Source of the DNA: an uncultured Acidobacteriota bacterium
GTDB taxonomy: Bacteria > Acidobacteriota > Vicinamibacteria > Vicinamibacterales > CAVVIG01
Reading direction: 5' to 3'
Length of the DNA: 64,000 nt
Assembly: GCA_963773035.1 (NCBI GenBank)
Contig: CAVYZX010000009.1
Span: 290,695 to 354,694, forward strand
Position numbers and translations under genes: made by a program. Positions 51,161 through 60,812 of the stretch are shown here, one piece after another. The stretch's first letter is position 1. Every line of letters starts with the position of its first letter. The notes below the pieces were generated by a model, which saw nothing but the letters and a program-made list of their open reading frames with translations, was not told where the DNA came from and made no database searches.

Positions 51161-52286
51161 TGGCCTGTTTGAAGGTGGCAAGCTCGCCAGCCGTCACGTT
51201 CGATTTCACGATCGCCGGGTTGCCGCCTCCTTTTGCCGCACGGTCGGGACCGACGCCTCGTGCGCCTCCTGAGGCCGAAACCTGCGCGCTTTCTTTTTCG
51301 GGCGCCACGGTCGGCTTCAGTAAGCCGATACCGAAGCCCTTCTTCTTGGGCTCTTCCTTCGGCGCGTCCTTGGATTCGTCTTTCTTCGGCGCCTGTTCAG
51401 CCGACTTCGTCGATCCTGTCAGTCCGCTGGCACCGTCGGGAACAGCGGCGATGGACGTAATAGGCATTGGTTCGTACTTGACGTTGGACTTGTAGCGCAC
51501 TTCGACGAGCGCGCCATTCTTGGCCGCCGCCATCTGCTTGATCTTGGCAATCCGCTCCTTCGTTTCGGGGTGCGACGCAAAGAGCCCGTTTTTCTCGGGC
51601 TGCTCCTTGTTGCGGTCGTCCAGTCGAACGAGGAAGTCGCCGAGCGATCCCGAGGCATAGCCGACTTTCTGCGTCAGATCGACAGAGACCTTGTCGGCAT
51701 CGAGCTCGTCGCCGCGGTCGAAGTTGTTTTCCAGCACCATCTCGTACGCCCGGTTTGCGAGGTGGTCGAGAAGCGGGGCCCGATCCGACAGGGTCTCTTT
51801 GGTTCCCATCTGTACGGCCTTGTTCTTCCGGATGGCGTTGATCGTGTGCTTTCGCGTGACATGGCCGATCTCGTGCGCGAGGACGCCGGCCAGCTCAGCT
51901 TCGCTGCGGATGAGACCCAGAGCGCCGCGCGTGACGTGGACGAGACCGCCAGGCGAGGCAAAGGCGTTGACGCCGTCGGTGTCGAGCACGATGAAGGTCC
52001 AGGCCAGATTCGGGCGGTCGGAAGCTTTTGCCAGGGTCATGCCGACGAGGGCCACGTACTTGTGAACCGCCACGTCCTGCACGACTCCGAACCGTCCGCG
52101 AATCTTGGCGCTGACGTCCTCGCCGATACTGCGCTCTTCGGTTTCCGAGATCGTCAGTTCGTCGATCTTCTCTTTCTGCTCGGCTGCTTTTTTCAGCGTT
52201 CCGCCGAGGCCGCCAAACTGCGCAAGCGCCGGCGATCCGGTCAAGAGCAGTGCAGTGACGAGCATCGCCTTCAGAACGTCCTTCAT
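51153..52286 (-). CDS. Exported M48 family zinc metallopeptidase
   Basis: Signal peptide; VNAFASPGG, EAELAGVLAHEIGH, ELDAD and SHP...ERI. Confidence 0.92.
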   Translation of the reverse strand: MKDVLKAMLVTALLLTGSPALAQFGGLGGTLKKAAEQKEKIDELTISETEERSIGEDVSAKIRGRFGVVQDVAVHKYVALVGMTLAKASDRPNLAWTFIVLDTDGVNAFASPGGLVHVTRGALGLIRSEAELAGVLAHEIGHVTRKHTINAIRKNKAVQMGTKETLSDRAPLLDHLANRAYEMVLENNFDRGDELDADKVSVDLTQKVGYASGSLGDFLVRLDDRNKEQPEKNGLFASHPETKERIAKIKQMAAAKNGALVEVRYKSNVKYEPMPITSIAAVPDGASGLTGSTKSAEQAPKKDESKDAPKEEPKKKGFGIGLLKPTVAPEKESAQVSASGGARGVGPDRAAKGGGNPAIVKSNVTAGELATFKQAIA

Positions 52287-52326
52287 ATTCGCCCCTGGAT
52301 TCAGTGTGCGTTTGGAAGGGCAGGTC

Positions 52327-54366
52327 TCAAGGCTCGCCGCGACCGGGTTTTTCGTCAGCGCGGCCGACGACTTCGGAAATGGCCACCGGTTGCGTTTTGC
52401 CTTTCACCACGACTTCGCCCAGAGCCCTGAAGTTGTATCGGCCGACCAGGCGCTGTCTTGTAGCTTCACTGATGAGTATTCGCGTTCCGTACTGCTTGTT
52501 CAAAGACTCCAGGCGGGCGCCCAGGTTGACGGCATCGCCGATCACCGTGTAGCTCATGATCGCTTCCGACCCGAAGTTTCCGGCAATCATGTCTCCGGAG
52601 TTGATGCCGATGCCGATATCCAAGTCGGCCAAACGCCCCTCGCGAGCCCACCCTTCGTTCAGCTTCTGAAGCTCGGCGACCATGTCGAGCGCGGCCTCAA
52701 CCGCGTGATCGGCATGTCTGGGGTCGTCTACCGGCGCGCCGAACAGCGCCATGACCATATCTCCAACGAACTTGTCGAGCGTCCCGTCATAGCGGAACAC
52801 GATCTCCACCATCTTCGTGAAGTATTCGTTGAGCATGTCGACGATGGCTTCAGGCTGGCCGCGTTCGGTGATGGTCGTGAAACCGCGGATGTCGGAGAAG
52901 AGCACGGTCATGTCGCGGCGATGGCCGCCGAGCCGCGCAAGCTCTGGGTGAGTGACGAGCTGTTCGAGCACGTCCTTCGACACGTACTGGCCGAACAGCC
53001 GCTTCATCTTGCGCTTGTCCCGGCCCTCGACGAAATACTGATAGGTCACGCCTCCAAACAGTGCCACCGACGCCGCCAGCACTGGCTGAGAGAGGTTGAT
53101 CCAGTGCCCGGCTGCGAAGAATCGTGTCGTCGCCCATCCAAACAGGGCGATGGCGAGGACTGTTGCGCCAGTTGCCCACCATGCGGGGATGGTGGTGGCG
53201 ACAAGGCCGATCGCCATGGCTGACACAAGGACTGTGACGATGCGCACGAGGTTACTGGCAGGTCTCAAGAATCGATTCGAGAGCACATCGTCGGCGACAG
53301 CCGCGTGCACTTGAATTCCAGGCATTCGAGCGCCGGCGAACGGAGTCGGGAAGACGTCGAACAGGCCGGCGGCCGTGACACCTACGAAAACGATCTTGTC
53401 TTTGAAGGCGGCGGGATCGACGTTGGGCTTCTGATTCGACAGAAGCTGCTCCTCCGAATAGAGGAGATCGAAGAAGGCGTACCGAGGATAAGGTCGGCTC
53501 TTCAAGTCTTCGAGTAAGGCAGGGCCCCGAAAGTCGATCAGTCCCCACAGATAGGACTTCACACCGTCCGGACTCTTGACCCGTCTCATCGAGAGCGGCA
53601 TCAATCGATCTCCCAACTGGAGATCCTCGTTCCCCATGCGAACCGTACCGGGATTGATGTTGGCCGCGCGAAGTGCGGCGGCCAGCCCCAACGACGGAAG
53701 CGCTCGATCGCCGACGCGGACGAACGGCACCGTGTGGCGAAGCGGGCCGTCCGAATCCAAAACGAAAAGGTTGTGGCCGAACCCTGAAGCTGCGTCAGCG
53801 AGGCCCTTGAACGGCGGAAATACGACTTTCCGCTCCACCAGGAGCGGAGAGCTCAACCGGAAGTCTGTATCCCCGATCGCTGGCGTTTTCTCGAGGGCCT
53901 CGCCTTCGTACGTGGCATCGGCAAGAAGGATGACGTTTCCGGATTTCTTGATCGAGTCTGCCAACGCCCGGTCGGACTCCGCGCCCGACCATGTATCGCC
54001 ACCGAATTCGAACCCCACACGTGAGTCGGCCTCGGCGAAGTTCACATCGTAGGCAACGATCCTGGCCGGCGCGCGAGCGAGATAGTCGATCAACATCGAA
54101 TGCACGGCACGCGGCCACGGCCAACGGCCCGCGTTCGGCTGCAGGTTCCGAAGGCTGTACTCATCGATCTCGACGAGCGCCAGGTCCTGCCGGGCGGTCG
54201 ACGGCTTCGCCGTCACGCTCAAGCGCCAGTCGTAGGTTTTCAGCTCGATGGTTTGAAGGGGATGGAAGCCGACACCGCCCGACGTCGTGCTGAACGAGGC
54301 ATCGAGACCAAGAATCAGTGCGGCTGCACCTATTCCAATCACGATACCCGCGACAGCTTTTTGCAC
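52327..54366 (-). CDS. CHASE2-domain class III adenylate cyclase
   Basis: IDEYSL...GRWPWPR, D.DG..R, MPG..VHA, three TM segments, FSDIRGFT, DKFVGD and YTVIGDAVNLGARLE. Confidence 0.93.
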   Translation of the reverse strand: MQKAVAGIVIGIGAAALILGLDASFSTTSGGVGFHPLQTIELKTYDWRLSVTAKPSTARQDLALVEIDEYSLRNLQPNAGRWPWPRAVHSMLIDYLARAPARIVAYDVNFAEADSRVGFEFGGDTWSGAESDRALADSIKKSGNVILLADATYEGEALEKTPAIGDTDFRLSSPLLVERKVVFPPFKGLADAASGFGHNLFVLDSDGPLRHTVPFVRVGDRALPSLGLAAALRAANINPGTVRMGNEDLQLGDRLMPLSMRRVKSPDGVKSYLWGLIDFRGPALLEDLKSRPYPRYAFFDLLYSEEQLLSNQKPNVDPAAFKDKIVFVGVTAAGLFDVFPTPFAGARMPGIQVHAAVADDVLSNRFLRPASNLVRIVTVLVSAMAIGLVATTIPAWWATGATVLAIALFGWATTRFFAAGHWINLSQPVLAASVALFGGVTYQYFVEGRDKRKMKRLFGQYVSKDVLEQLVTHPELARLGGHRRDMTVLFSDIRGFTTITERGQPEAIVDMLNEYFTKMVEIVFRYDGTLDKFVGDMVMALFGAPVDDPRHADHAVEAALDMVAELQKLNEGWAREGRLADLDIGIGINSGDMIAGNFGSEAIMSYTVIGDAVNLGARLESLNKQYGTRILISEATRQRLVGRYNFRALGEVVVKGKTQPVAISEVVGRADEKPGRGEP

Positions 54367-54398
54367 GAGTGACCGCTATAGTACCATCCCGGCCACAC

Positions 54399-55820
54399 AT
54401 GATCATCGGCATCGTCCTGATCCTCGTTGCGCTGGCTTTCTATGGCGCGAGTACGAACCGACACGTTCGCGGTCGGTTGCGCGGGTCGATTTTCGCATTC
54501 GCGATGTATGCGATTGTGGCCACGACGTTGCGTTACTCCGGCCTGTCCGTCGGAATGGAGGAGGCGCTTAAACTGATCGCGCCGCTGTTCGTCGGGTTTG
54601 GAGTCATCAATGCTCTGGTCGCGCTTGCGATCAATCCGTGGCGGATCGACCGGCTTCCGGATCGCTTTCCAACGATCGTTCAAGACACCATCGTCATTGC
54701 GCTCTTCGCTCTCGCGGCGGCGATCATCTTGCAGGAGCGTGTGTTCACGACTACCGCGGTCGGCGCCGTGGTCATCGGCTTCGCCCTTCAGGACACGCTC
54801 GGCAACTTGTTTGCGGGCCTGGCCATTCAGATCGAGAAGCCGTTTCGCGTCGGACACTGGGTCCACATCGGCGGGAAAGACGGGCTGGTCACCGAAATCA
54901 CCTGGCGGGCTACCAAGTTGAGAACCAAGGCTGGAAATTTCGTGATCGTGCCCAACAGCGCGCTGTCGCGCGACACGATCATGAACTACTCCGAACCATC
55001 GACCGAGACGCTCATCGAAGTCGATGTCGGCGCCAGCTACGACGTCCCACCCAACGAAGTCAAAGCCACGATTCTCGCCGCCATCAGAGACGGAGCGCTC
55101 ATGTCTCGAGCCAAGCAGCCCGAGGTGCTGCTGGTGGACTTCGCTGCCTCGGCGATCGTGTATCGGATTCGTGTGTGGACCACAGAGTTTGCTGCGGACG
55201 AGCAGCTCCGCGACCATATCCGCTCCGCGGTCTACTACGCGTTCCGGCGCAGCGGCATTGTCATCCCGTACCCGATCCAGGTGGAGATTCAAGAAGAGGC
55301 CAAGCCTTCGGCATCCGATTCGGCGACTGCCGAGCAGCTGCTTCAACAAGTGTCGATTCTCTCGGCGTTGACCGACGAAGAACGAGCCGAGCTGGCACGC
55401 GGCGCCAAGCGGAGTCTTTTCGCAGCGGGCGAGACGATTGTCAGGCAAGGCGAAGCCGGAAGCTCGATGTTCGTCGTGTCACGCGGAGCTGCAACCGTCA
55501 CCTTGGAGCCAGGAAACCAGGAAGTCGCTCGCATCGAACGGGGAGGTTTCTTTGGCGAAATGTCGCTTCTTACAGGGGATCCGCGGACTGCGACCGTTCG
55601 GACGGCGGTCGATTCGGAGCTTTTGGAGATTACCGTCGAGGCTTTCCGCCGTTTTGTACTTGCCAATCCGTCTGCGGTGGATCAGATCGGCGAAGCAGTC
55701 GCTGTGAGACGAGCCGAACTGTCGCAGCACGCAGCAGCCAGCGCCGCCGGTGTGGTAGCCGAGCCACCCGAAAGGCTTCTCAGCCGCGTCCGCCGCTTTC
55801 TTCGGCTCTCCGTGGCTTGA
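54399..55820 (+). CDS. MscS-family channel with C-terminal cyclic-nucleotide-binding domain
   Basis: IGFALQDTLGNLFAG, PFRVG.W, WRAT and VPNS; FFGEMSLLTGDPRTATV phosphate-binding cassette. Confidence 0.93.
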   Translation: MIIGIVLILVALAFYGASTNRHVRGRLRGSIFAFAMYAIVATTLRYSGLSVGMEEALKLIAPLFVGFGVINALVALAINPWRIDRLPDRFPTIVQDTIVIALFALAAAIILQERVFTTTAVGAVVIGFALQDTLGNLFAGLAIQIEKPFRVGHWVHIGGKDGLVTEITWRATKLRTKAGNFVIVPNSALSRDTIMNYSEPSTETLIEVDVGASYDVPPNEVKATILAAIRDGALMSRAKQPEVLLVDFAASAIVYRIRVWTTEFAADEQLRDHIRSAVYYAFRRSGIVIPYPIQVEIQEEAKPSASDSATAEQLLQQVSILSALTDEERAELARGAKRSLFAAGETIVRQGEAGSSMFVVSRGAATVTLEPGNQEVARIERGGFFGEMSLLTGDPRTATVRTAVDSELLEITVEAFRRFVLANPSAVDQIGEAVAVRRAELSQHAAASAAGVVAEPPERLLSRVRRFLRLSVA

Positions 55821-55824
55821 ACCT

Positions 55825-55870
55825 TGGCACCAGGTGCCTACCAGGAACCATGGCACCAGGCACCAGGCAC
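55825..55870. repeat. Heptamer array (GGCACCA-like) between convergent genes
   Basis: tggcacc aggtgcc ... tggcacc aggcacc aggcac. Confidence 0.7.
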
Positions 55871-55881
55871 GAACGATTGTC

Positions 55882-56553
55882 TTAGTACTGCTTGTCCGCC
55901 CAGACGAACGGAGTCTTCTCGTTTGCCTGCAGCGTGTCGCCGGGAGGGGCTCCCGCCAGATTGTTGAACCCGCTCAAGCTCTTGTGAATGGCCGCCTCCG
56001 CCCCGAGAATGTGGCCCTCTTTGTCGAGCGTCAGACGAGCGACAGGATGCTCGACGAGGTAGAGATTTCCGTCGGAATTCATCGTCGCGACCCGGATGCC
56101 GAGAAATGCGCTTCCCTGTGACAATGCCACGGGCTCTTCGACGTCGGCGGCTACGAGCTTCGCCGCCAGCGAGACGACCTCGACGCCTCCGGCTTTGATG
56201 GTCGTCGGCACTTTCGGATCGGTCGGCGGAATATCGGCGTGGACGCGTCCCACGATAGGAACCCACCGCAGATTCGGCGTGTCGCGGCGGCCCCACAATG
56301 CCGGCTCGATACGCAGCAGTGCTGCGTCCCGGTTGCCGCCGTTGGAAAACGCCACGGTTATGTAAAGTCCACCTTGGTTCGTGTTGTACGACACTTCGGT
56401 GACCGTGACGTCGAGCTGCTGCTTCGTGTAAATGTAGCTTCGATAAAAGCTGACGGTCGACAACGTCAGCGCCATGATTGCGATCATGACCGTGATGTCG
56501 AGTTTGGTTCGCTGCCTTCCCAGGTCGCTCTTCTCGTCGCTCGGCGTAGTCAT
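55882..56553 (-). CDS. Hypothetical membrane-anchored protein
   Basis: One N-terminal TM segment followed by a beta-rich domain; 5 nt from the upstream gene. Confidence 0.7.
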   Translation of the reverse strand: MTTPSDEKSDLGRQRTKLDITVMIAIMALTLSTVSFYRSYIYTKQQLDVTVTEVSYNTNQGGLYITVAFSNGGNRDAALLRIEPALWGRRDTPNLRWVPIVGRVHADIPPTDPKVPTTIKAGGVEVVSLAAKLVAADVEEPVALSQGSAFLGIRVATMNSDGNLYLVEHPVARLTLDKEGHILGAEAAIHKSLSGFNNLAGAPPGDTLQANEKTPFVWADKQY

Positions 56554-56558
56554 GTCTT

Positions 56559-57047
56559 TTATTGGGTTGATTGTTTCTCGATCTTTCCGAACATGTGCCC
56601 GCCGACCGGGCCATGCTGCCACGTTCCGGCATAGCGATCGCCGTAAAAGAACACACGCGCTGTAAAAGTGCCCATCGACGGAATCGCGAAGTCGGTCAAC
56701 GTGATCATCGGCGTGTCGCCTGCCCAGAGCATCGTGACGACAATCGGCAGGGTCACGTCCACCTCGCCGTACCTCATCCTGGTGTTGAAGCGCCACCGGT
56801 TGTCGCCGACTTTTTCGACGCTCGAGATGTCGTAGCGATCCGGTCGTGCCGGTTGATCCTCACGTCCCGACACAGTGAACCGGCCGACAAGCGCCGAATT
56901 CTGCATCTGGTCCGTGAACTGCCGTTCCAACTGGGTGAGTGAGGCCGGATTCACGGTGGAGCCCAAGCCGGTCTTCGCGGCCAGCCACCCCACTGCAAAC
57001 GCGAAGAGAATCAGGACGACCGCAATCAGGAATCGCGCGAGCCGCAT
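56559..57047 (-). CDS. Conserved hypothetical exported protein
   Basis: AAGGAG RBS; signal/TM segment; WAGDTPMITLTD..IP..GTFTARV......YAGTW.H...GGH.FG. Confidence 0.8.
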   Translation of the reverse strand: MRLARFLIAVVLILFAFAVGWLAAKTGLGSTVNPASLTQLERQFTDQMQNSALVGRFTVSGREDQPARPDRYDISSVEKVGDNRWRFNTRMRYGEVDVTLPIVVTMLWAGDTPMITLTDFAIPSMGTFTARVFFYGDRYAGTWQHGPVGGHMFGKIEKQSTQ

Positions 57048-57063
57048 GACGAATACTCCTTAA

Positions 57064-58335
57064 TCACGACGTTTCATTGATGGCGTTTGTTACGACTGAA
57101 CGAAGTGCTTGCGGCGATCGATACGGCAGTCGAACCAGCCATGATCCGACAGCCAGGGCCGACACGAGGCCAGCCAGGATGTTGAACATGGCGCTGTAGG
57201 ATCCAGTACGTTCCAACGTTTGCGCCAGCAGCAGCGGCCCGATTGCAGACGCCAGCACCGTCAACATCTGGGCGCATCCCTGAATGCGACCGAGCTGGCG
57301 GCGGCCAAACACCTGGCCCCAGACAGAAAAAAAGACGACAGTCACGATTCCACCAGCGATGCCAAACGCGACTGCGTAGAGCAGGACGTGCGTCTGCGTG
57401 GTGACATGCGGGAGGGCGAGGAGCGCCACTGCCAGCACCGCCATTCCGATACCCATCACGCGTTGAATCGGCCACTTCGTTGCCAGCCAGCCACCGGCGA
57501 AGTTCGCCGCCAAGCCCAGGAGCGTCGTCACGACGAGCGCCAGGTAGTACGTCGAGGCATCGAACCCACGTTCCTTCAGAATCGACTCGTTGAACAATGC
57601 GATCCCCGAGTACGCGAGTCCGAACGCCGAGCTGGCCAGGGCAAAAACCCAGAACGCCGCGCTTCCAAGCGCTTCCCAGACGGTCAAATCGGCCGGCTGC
57701 GCCGAGAGGTTCTCGACATCGCGCTCTTGGTCATTCGTCGTCGATTCAAAGGTCTTTTCGGGGAGCGGTTCGTTCCGGACGACGAGCCACACGATCGGCA
57801 TCAACACGACGAGCGCGATTCCAACACTGAACCAGGCGCTGCGCCACCCGAACCGTTGAACGAGGCTGCCGACGAGGGGGAAGGCGATGACGAACCCGAG
57901 ACCGACGAGTAACGAATAGATCCCCATCGCCTGATTGAGTCGCTTGGCGAACCATTTCCCGACGAGTGCGAGGCTCACCACCGAGAGGGCGCTCTGTCCG
58001 AAACCACGACTCAAGGTCACGGTGACCCAGAGTCCGTTCAGACTTCCCGACTGCGCCATCACGAGGACCGTTATGCCTAGACCGAACAGCAACGCCGTCA
58101 AGACGACTCGCGCGCCGAACCGGTCCGTCAGCCGCCCGCAGGGCAAACAGAACAGCGCGCCAATCAGAGTGGCCCAGAGGTTGATGGTGGCGTAGGTGAC
58201 TCGATCGACCTGAAGGTCGGCGATCAGCGGCTCAGTGACCAGACCGAGGCCTTGCGTTCGCCCGGGCAACGTAGCGACCATGGCCAAAGCCGCGACCGAG
58301 AGGTTGGCCCATCCGTAGTACGAAGGTGTCCGCAT
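57064..58335 (-). CDS. MFS transporter
   Basis: About 12 TM segments; GRLTDRFGAR motif A; FGRRQLGRIQG. Confidence 0.9.
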   Translation of the reverse strand: MRTPSYYGWANLSVAALAMVATLPGRTQGLGLVTEPLIADLQVDRVTYATINLWATLIGALFCLPCGRLTDRFGARVVLTALLFGLGITVLVMAQSGSLNGLWVTVTLSRGFGQSALSVVSLALVGKWFAKRLNQAMGIYSLLVGLGFVIAFPLVGSLVQRFGWRSAWFSVGIALVVLMPIVWLVVRNEPLPEKTFESTTNDQERDVENLSAQPADLTVWEALGSAAFWVFALASSAFGLAYSGIALFNESILKERGFDASTYYLALVVTTLLGLAANFAGGWLATKWPIQRVMGIGMAVLAVALLALPHVTTQTHVLLYAVAFGIAGGIVTVVFFSVWGQVFGRRQLGRIQGCAQMLTVLASAIGPLLLAQTLERTGSYSAMFNILAGLVSALAVGSWLVRLPYRSPQALRSVVTNAINETS

Positions 58336-58381
58336 GTAAGGGACGCATTGTGCCACATCGCTTTACGGCCGGGCTTACTCT

Positions 58382-58480
58382 GAAGGCTGAAGTGAGAAGT
58401 TAGAAGGAAGAAGCGAAGAAGCGAAAAGCTAGCCCAGATTTCATCATACTTCTTCGTTCAAACTTCTGAATTCTTACTTC
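58382..58480. repeat. Inverted heptamer array (GAAGnnn / nnnCTTC)
   Basis: gaaggct gaagtga gaagtta gaaggaa ... aaacttc tgaattc ttacttc. Confidence 0.7.
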
Positions 58481-58938
58481 TACACATCGTCCCGCCCGAT
58501 GTTCACGATGAAGTAGTGGGCGCGTGTGGTGCCGACGTTCTTCGCGTTATGTAGCTCGTTCGAGCCAATGTAACCCACGCAACCTGGTCCCAGCCTCATG
58601 GGACGTCCCGCCACGGTCAGCTCCATCAGACCTTCGCGGACCAGCATCATTTCTTCGCGCAGATGTTGATGCGGAGGATGGTTGACTTCGCCTGGCGCGA
58701 TTTCGCTTTGATGCGACTCCAGTTTGAAGCCGGTGTGCGTTTTGCCTGTGAACATTCGGCGCTGGCGGTTTTGGCCGTTGGTCGTGACCGGCAGTTCGTC
58801 GAAGATGTACGCCTTGGTTTCCAGCCGCGGCAGTTTCTCGACCGAGGTGTCGCCCTGGCCTTGCGTCGTTTGCGCCGATGCGGTTGCCGCCGCCAGAGCG
58901 GGAAACAGCAAACCGAAGTCTCTGCGGGAATACCTCAT
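58480..58938 (-). CDS. Tat-exported cupin domain protein
   Basis: SRRDF Tat motif; HPPHQH.REE and ELH cupin metal ligands. Confidence 0.88.
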   Translation of the reverse strand: MRYSRRDFGLLFPALAAATASAQTTQGQGDTSVEKLPRLETKAYIFDELPVTTNGQNRQRRMFTGKTHTGFKLESHQSEIAPGEVNHPPHQHLREEMMLVREGLMELTVAGRPMRLGPGCVGYIGSNELHNAKNVGTTRAHYFIVNIGRDDV

Positions 58939-59486
58939 GGCGTAGTCCTTTCTGACTTCAAGAGATCGGCGACTTTCGCGACGCCGGCTTTCGCGCACGC
59001 ATCGTCCATTTCCTGACTCGATCCCGAGCTGCCCACGCCGCCGATCGTTTCGTTGCCGATCTGAATCGGTACACCGCCGCCCAGTGCCAGGATGTCGGCG
59101 ACATCGCGCTGCGGCGCGAGCGCGGGATCGTTCGCCGTACGTTTCTGAAATTCCAGCGTCGTCGTTCGGAACATTCGCGCCGTATAAGCTTTGCGCCGCG
59201 CCATCTCCGCTGTTTGCGGGCTGGCTGATTCGTCGCGGAGGATCACCAGTACCTGACCGGCACGGTCGACGACGACGGCCGATGTGTTGAAGCCTTTCGA
59301 CTTGCACTCAGCGACCGTTGCTTCGGCGATCGCTTTTGCCATCGGTAAAGAAACATTGCGCTGCATCACGACGCCCTGTGCGACCGCAGAGCGGCCTGCA
59401 ATCACGAACACCGCACAGGCGACGAGGGTGATTCCTATCAACGAATGTCGTGCGAGGATCATCGATGCCTCCCATCTATTGCTCAC
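58935..59486 (-). CDS. GlcG/HbpS family heme-binding protein, secreted
   Basis: VVDRAG, A.RKAYTA, GGVPI and IGGVGSSG....D..CA.AG. Confidence 0.9.
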   Translation of the reverse strand: MSNRWEASMILARHSLIGITLVACAVFVIAGRSAVAQGVVMQRNVSLPMAKAIAEATVAECKSKGFNTSAVVVDRAGQVLVILRDESASPQTAEMARRKAYTARMFRTTTLEFQKRTANDPALAPQRDVADILALGGGVPIQIGNETIGGVGSSGSSQEMDDACAKAGVAKVADLLKSERTTP

Positions 59487-60109
59487 CGGGGTCGAGCTCC
59501 AACCGGCCGCACCGACACGATGCGATTATCGAAACCGAAGTCCTTGAGATCCGATTGGCTTTCAGAGAGGCGCAGGCACGGAGGCGCCCAGTTCTGTCCC
59601 GCGCAGACCTCCCACGTCCCGCCATAAATCTGGAGGCTCTCAGCGCGCCCGGCGCCAGAGATGATGCTTTGCGCACTATCGATGGTCCACGAGCCGCCGC
59701 GATAGCGCGTCTGGTCGAACAGTACGATCCGCGAGCGGGTGAAGGGAGGAGACTGTCCAGGGTTCGATCCACCGCGTACTTGACGCAACGACCCGATCTG
59801 GTCGTTCCAGTTCACTTTGCGCAAATCGGGCTCTGAGCCCGAAAACACCTGGCAGCGCCCCTGGAAGTTGGCGTCTTCGCACCCTTCCCACAGTTCGCCG
59901 GGCGCGACGCGCAGGCTGGAAATCCGGCGAAACATCCCGTACCGGGTCAAGTCGGGAATCGCGTCGCGCACCGTGGCGTTGCGCCCTTTGAAGTCGACGT
60001 CCTCGTAGATCGTGATCCCGACACCGCCGATCTGTCGGTCCTGGGCAGACAGGGTGGTCACCAGCAGCGCCGCACACCATGCGAATACCGTCCCAAGTCT
60101 GCGTGCCAT
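59483..60109 (-). CDS. Secreted beta/gamma-crystallin domain protein
   Basis: GAGG RBS; signal peptide; Greek-key motifs YEDVDFKG...ISSLRV, WEGCEDANFQG...NDQIGSLR and FDNRIVSVR. Confidence 0.88.
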   Translation of the reverse strand: MARRLGTVFAWCAALLVTTLSAQDRQIGGVGITIYEDVDFKGRNATVRDAIPDLTRYGMFRRISSLRVAPGELWEGCEDANFQGRCQVFSGSEPDLRKVNWNDQIGSLRQVRGGSNPGQSPPFTRSRIVLFDQTRYRGGSWTIDSAQSIISGAGRAESLQIYGGTWEVCAGQNWAPPCLRLSESQSDLKDFGFDNRIVSVRPVGARPR

Positions 60110-60207
60110 CCGTTCTTCCTCCCTGGGTACGGCAAACGATACAACAATCGGCCGCCTACGGGACGCTCCGATTGGAGGGCTCGCGTCCGCTGACGCGCTC
60201 ACTCCTT

Positions 60208-60428
60208 TCAGTTGACCGTCCAGAGAGCGAGTGATGAGACGTCTTTGACGAACACGCGATTGCCCGAGATGGCGGGCTGCGCCCACGTTGCGTTTTCGGA
60301 AACGACGTACTGCTTCCCGAACTCGAGACCCGACCTGCTCCTTCGGGCAACGATTTGGACGGGCCGGGCTTCTGCCACACCAGCCTTCCGGTGGCCGTCT
60401 CGAAGGCGGAAACGATCCCGCTGTTGGC
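60208..60428 (-). pseudogene. Remnant of a PQQ-like (BamB-type) beta-propeller gene
   Basis: SGIVSAFETATGRLVWQKP joined out of frame to IVARRSRSGLEFGKQYVVSENATWAQPAISGNRVFVKDVSSLALWTVN-stop. Confidence 0.65.
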
Positions 60429-60539
60429 ACTGAGTTATTCCATGGCAGGTGGCGAAATATCGTCACCTTGGCGATCTTTCGCAGGCAGCAGACGGCCGAC
60501 AATGGCGCAGTTCCGCGAATTCCGCACCCGGCGCCGAAC

Positions 60540-60812
60540 ATGCTTATGTCGGTCGAAATGGTGAATCAGCGACTAGACAAGGCAAACCAGCTCGTGTCCG
60601 AGCTCCGGAAACGCATCAAAACATTCGCGCGCGCCGCTGAATCGGCCCTCGCACAGTCGACCTACGACGTTGAGATGCTGGCGCTCCATGAGCGGCGCAT
60701 CGCTGCACTTCAAGATAAAGTGGACGAACTCATTGCGATCGTTGCTGCCAGAAGATCGACGAACGGACTTCTTGGGCAGGGTTCGGCGGATCAAAACTGT
60801 GAGCAGTCATAG
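60540..60812 (+). CDS. Small hypothetical coiled-coil protein
   Basis: 90-aa ORF with amphipathic helical pattern; no clear RBS. Confidence 0.4.
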   Translation: MLMSVEMVNQRLDKANQLVSELRKRIKTFARAAESALAQSTYDVEMLALHERRIAALQDKVDELIAIVAARRSTNGLLGQGSADQNCEQS

